The notes beneath the pieces were generated by a model. That model was not told the DNA's origin. It searched no databases and saw only the letters and a list, made by a program, of their open reading frames with translations. Shown here one piece after another: positions 62,573 to 64,000 of a stretch of DNA of 64,000 nucleotides. The DNA comes from Chiloscyllium plagiosum (taxonomy: Eukaryota): assembly GCF_004010195.1 (NCBI RefSeq), contig NC_057751.1, positions 12,945,399 to 13,009,398 on the forward strand, written 5' to 3'. The stretch's first letter is position 1, and each line of letters starts with the position of its first letter. A program made the position numbers and the translations under genes.

Positions 62573-64000
62573 TTTTAAGTAATATGTTAGTGTAATGTCA
62601 TTTTTCAATCAATTTGTGTATCAGATCTCATGTCAGAGAATCTAAAAACACAAGACACAAATTCAGAATTTGATCACCGTGTCTAAAACAGTGGAGTCAT
62701 TTAGACAGAGCAAGCCTCAAACATTAATCCTAATTCCTATTTATTTAACTATGCTCATTAATATTATCTATTCCATCCTTAAATGCCCATGACAGTATGA
62801 TGGTGAGTCACATTTCGAACCACTGCAATCTGTATGGTGAAGTTAATTCTCCTGTCCTGTTTGGAATGAAGCTCCAGGGTTTTGACCAAGTGACAGTGAA
62901 GGAACAATGATATTGTTTCAAGTTGGGGTAATGTGACTTGGATAGAACTTGTGAGTCTGTCCGTCTCAGACTGGACTTGACTCTTCAGTCAGTATGATGA
63001 CGCTGAACCACTCTTGATAAAGTGCCCACACATTCTACTCTCTTATTCCCATCAGTCCTTCTTCCAAATAACACTCAATATAAAACAGTGCTGATTCGTG
63101 AGTGGGCATGGGGTCGGGTGAGGATGATCAGTGATAATTAGCAGGAAGTTTCCTAGCCCATTTGTGAACTGATGCCATGGGATTTCATGTAATCCAAAGT
63201 TAATGCTGAGGACACCCGAGGCCCAGAGTCTCTTAGACTGCATTGTCATTTTCAGACACCTTTCTGCCCTCGCACAAAGCTCCCTTGCTGTATCTGTTTC
63301 AACTAGAAGACTTAAGTTGAAGTCATCAAGATATCTTCTGTGACAATAGCTTATTTGTCTTCATTAGGCTATCTAGGAATTCAACAGATCAGAACAGAGT
63401 TCTTTAGTCCTGTGTATGATTTCAGTCTTTGTAAATGGGATAGAATGGGCTTGGAGGTGTAGTGGTATGCAGTGCACACCAGTAATGTCCATTCTTTAAT
63501 TCTATACTAGGATCTAAACCCTGATTTCAGTCATTACATTGAGACATTGCATTGAACCTTTGAAGCTATGGCCTTCCTTGGTTCTGCTTCCTATTCTTGT
63601 CCCATGACACCTATTTTCTGGCAATCCTGACTGTGATGCCCTCTGCTGGCTAGTAACAGACTGGTACTCACTGCCAAGGTTCACCCCTCATGACTAGGCA
63701 TTTTTGTCAGGTACTTGGTCAGGTTTGGGGGTTACTGGTAGTGAATAAATGGATGGCCACAAATATACATGGTGAAAGTTAAGCTGACATTGTATCAGTA
63801 CGCCCTGAAATCAATAATTCCCAGAAGAACAGAAGTGCTAATTAGACTCTCAACTCTCTGTGTGCAGTTAAAAGAACACAGTAAATATTTAGAATTGACA
63901 AAATGAATTTGGTCTTTGGCAGAAAAATAAAGCTAATTAAAAAATGATGGTTCAAACATAATGGCAGTGCGAGCTATAACCGCATAAATCTGAAATGTGT

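Noticed and set aside
63256..63306. Possible TSPAN15 terminal exon (ttcag acceptor, TPFCPRTKLPCCICFN-stop, echoing the CCLC C-terminus)
   Set aside because: It lacks the hydrophobic second half of TM4 that must follow LPQ in phase 0; the LLYLFQLED-like match is in another frame. Probably chance.

Overview
Vertebrate nuclear DNA, almost certainly from a shark: the repeat content (HE1/V-SINE, SacSINE1/DeuSINE-like relics, CR1, Rex1/Babar, fish-type L1, Penelope-like elements) fits an elasmobranch, but the species cannot be fixed from sequence alone. The window lies inside one large + strand gene, a TspanC8 tetraspanin best matching TSPAN15. Three phase-0 coding exons (7990-8106, 34822-34869, 43508-43624) encode most of the large extracellular loop and the start of TM4; none is in the ORF track. 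Upstream exons and the last exon were not found. The rest is repeat-dense intron: a ~70-bp tandem array carrying nested Penelope and L1 insertions, a 33-bp array that appears to have expanded inside a DeuSINE-type SINE, many decayed LINEs and SINEs, one clear and one possible solo LTR, and two N gaps. The most notable signal is a set of minimal hammerhead-ribozyme motifs in Penelope terminal repeats, showing stem covariation between copies and often lying in fold-back inverted repeats; in two separate fold-backs the antisense arm carries the same 3-nt core deletion. I see no wholly new multi-gene system. Repeat family names come from motif recognition and recalled consensus sequences, not a database search, and most repeat boundaries are approximate.
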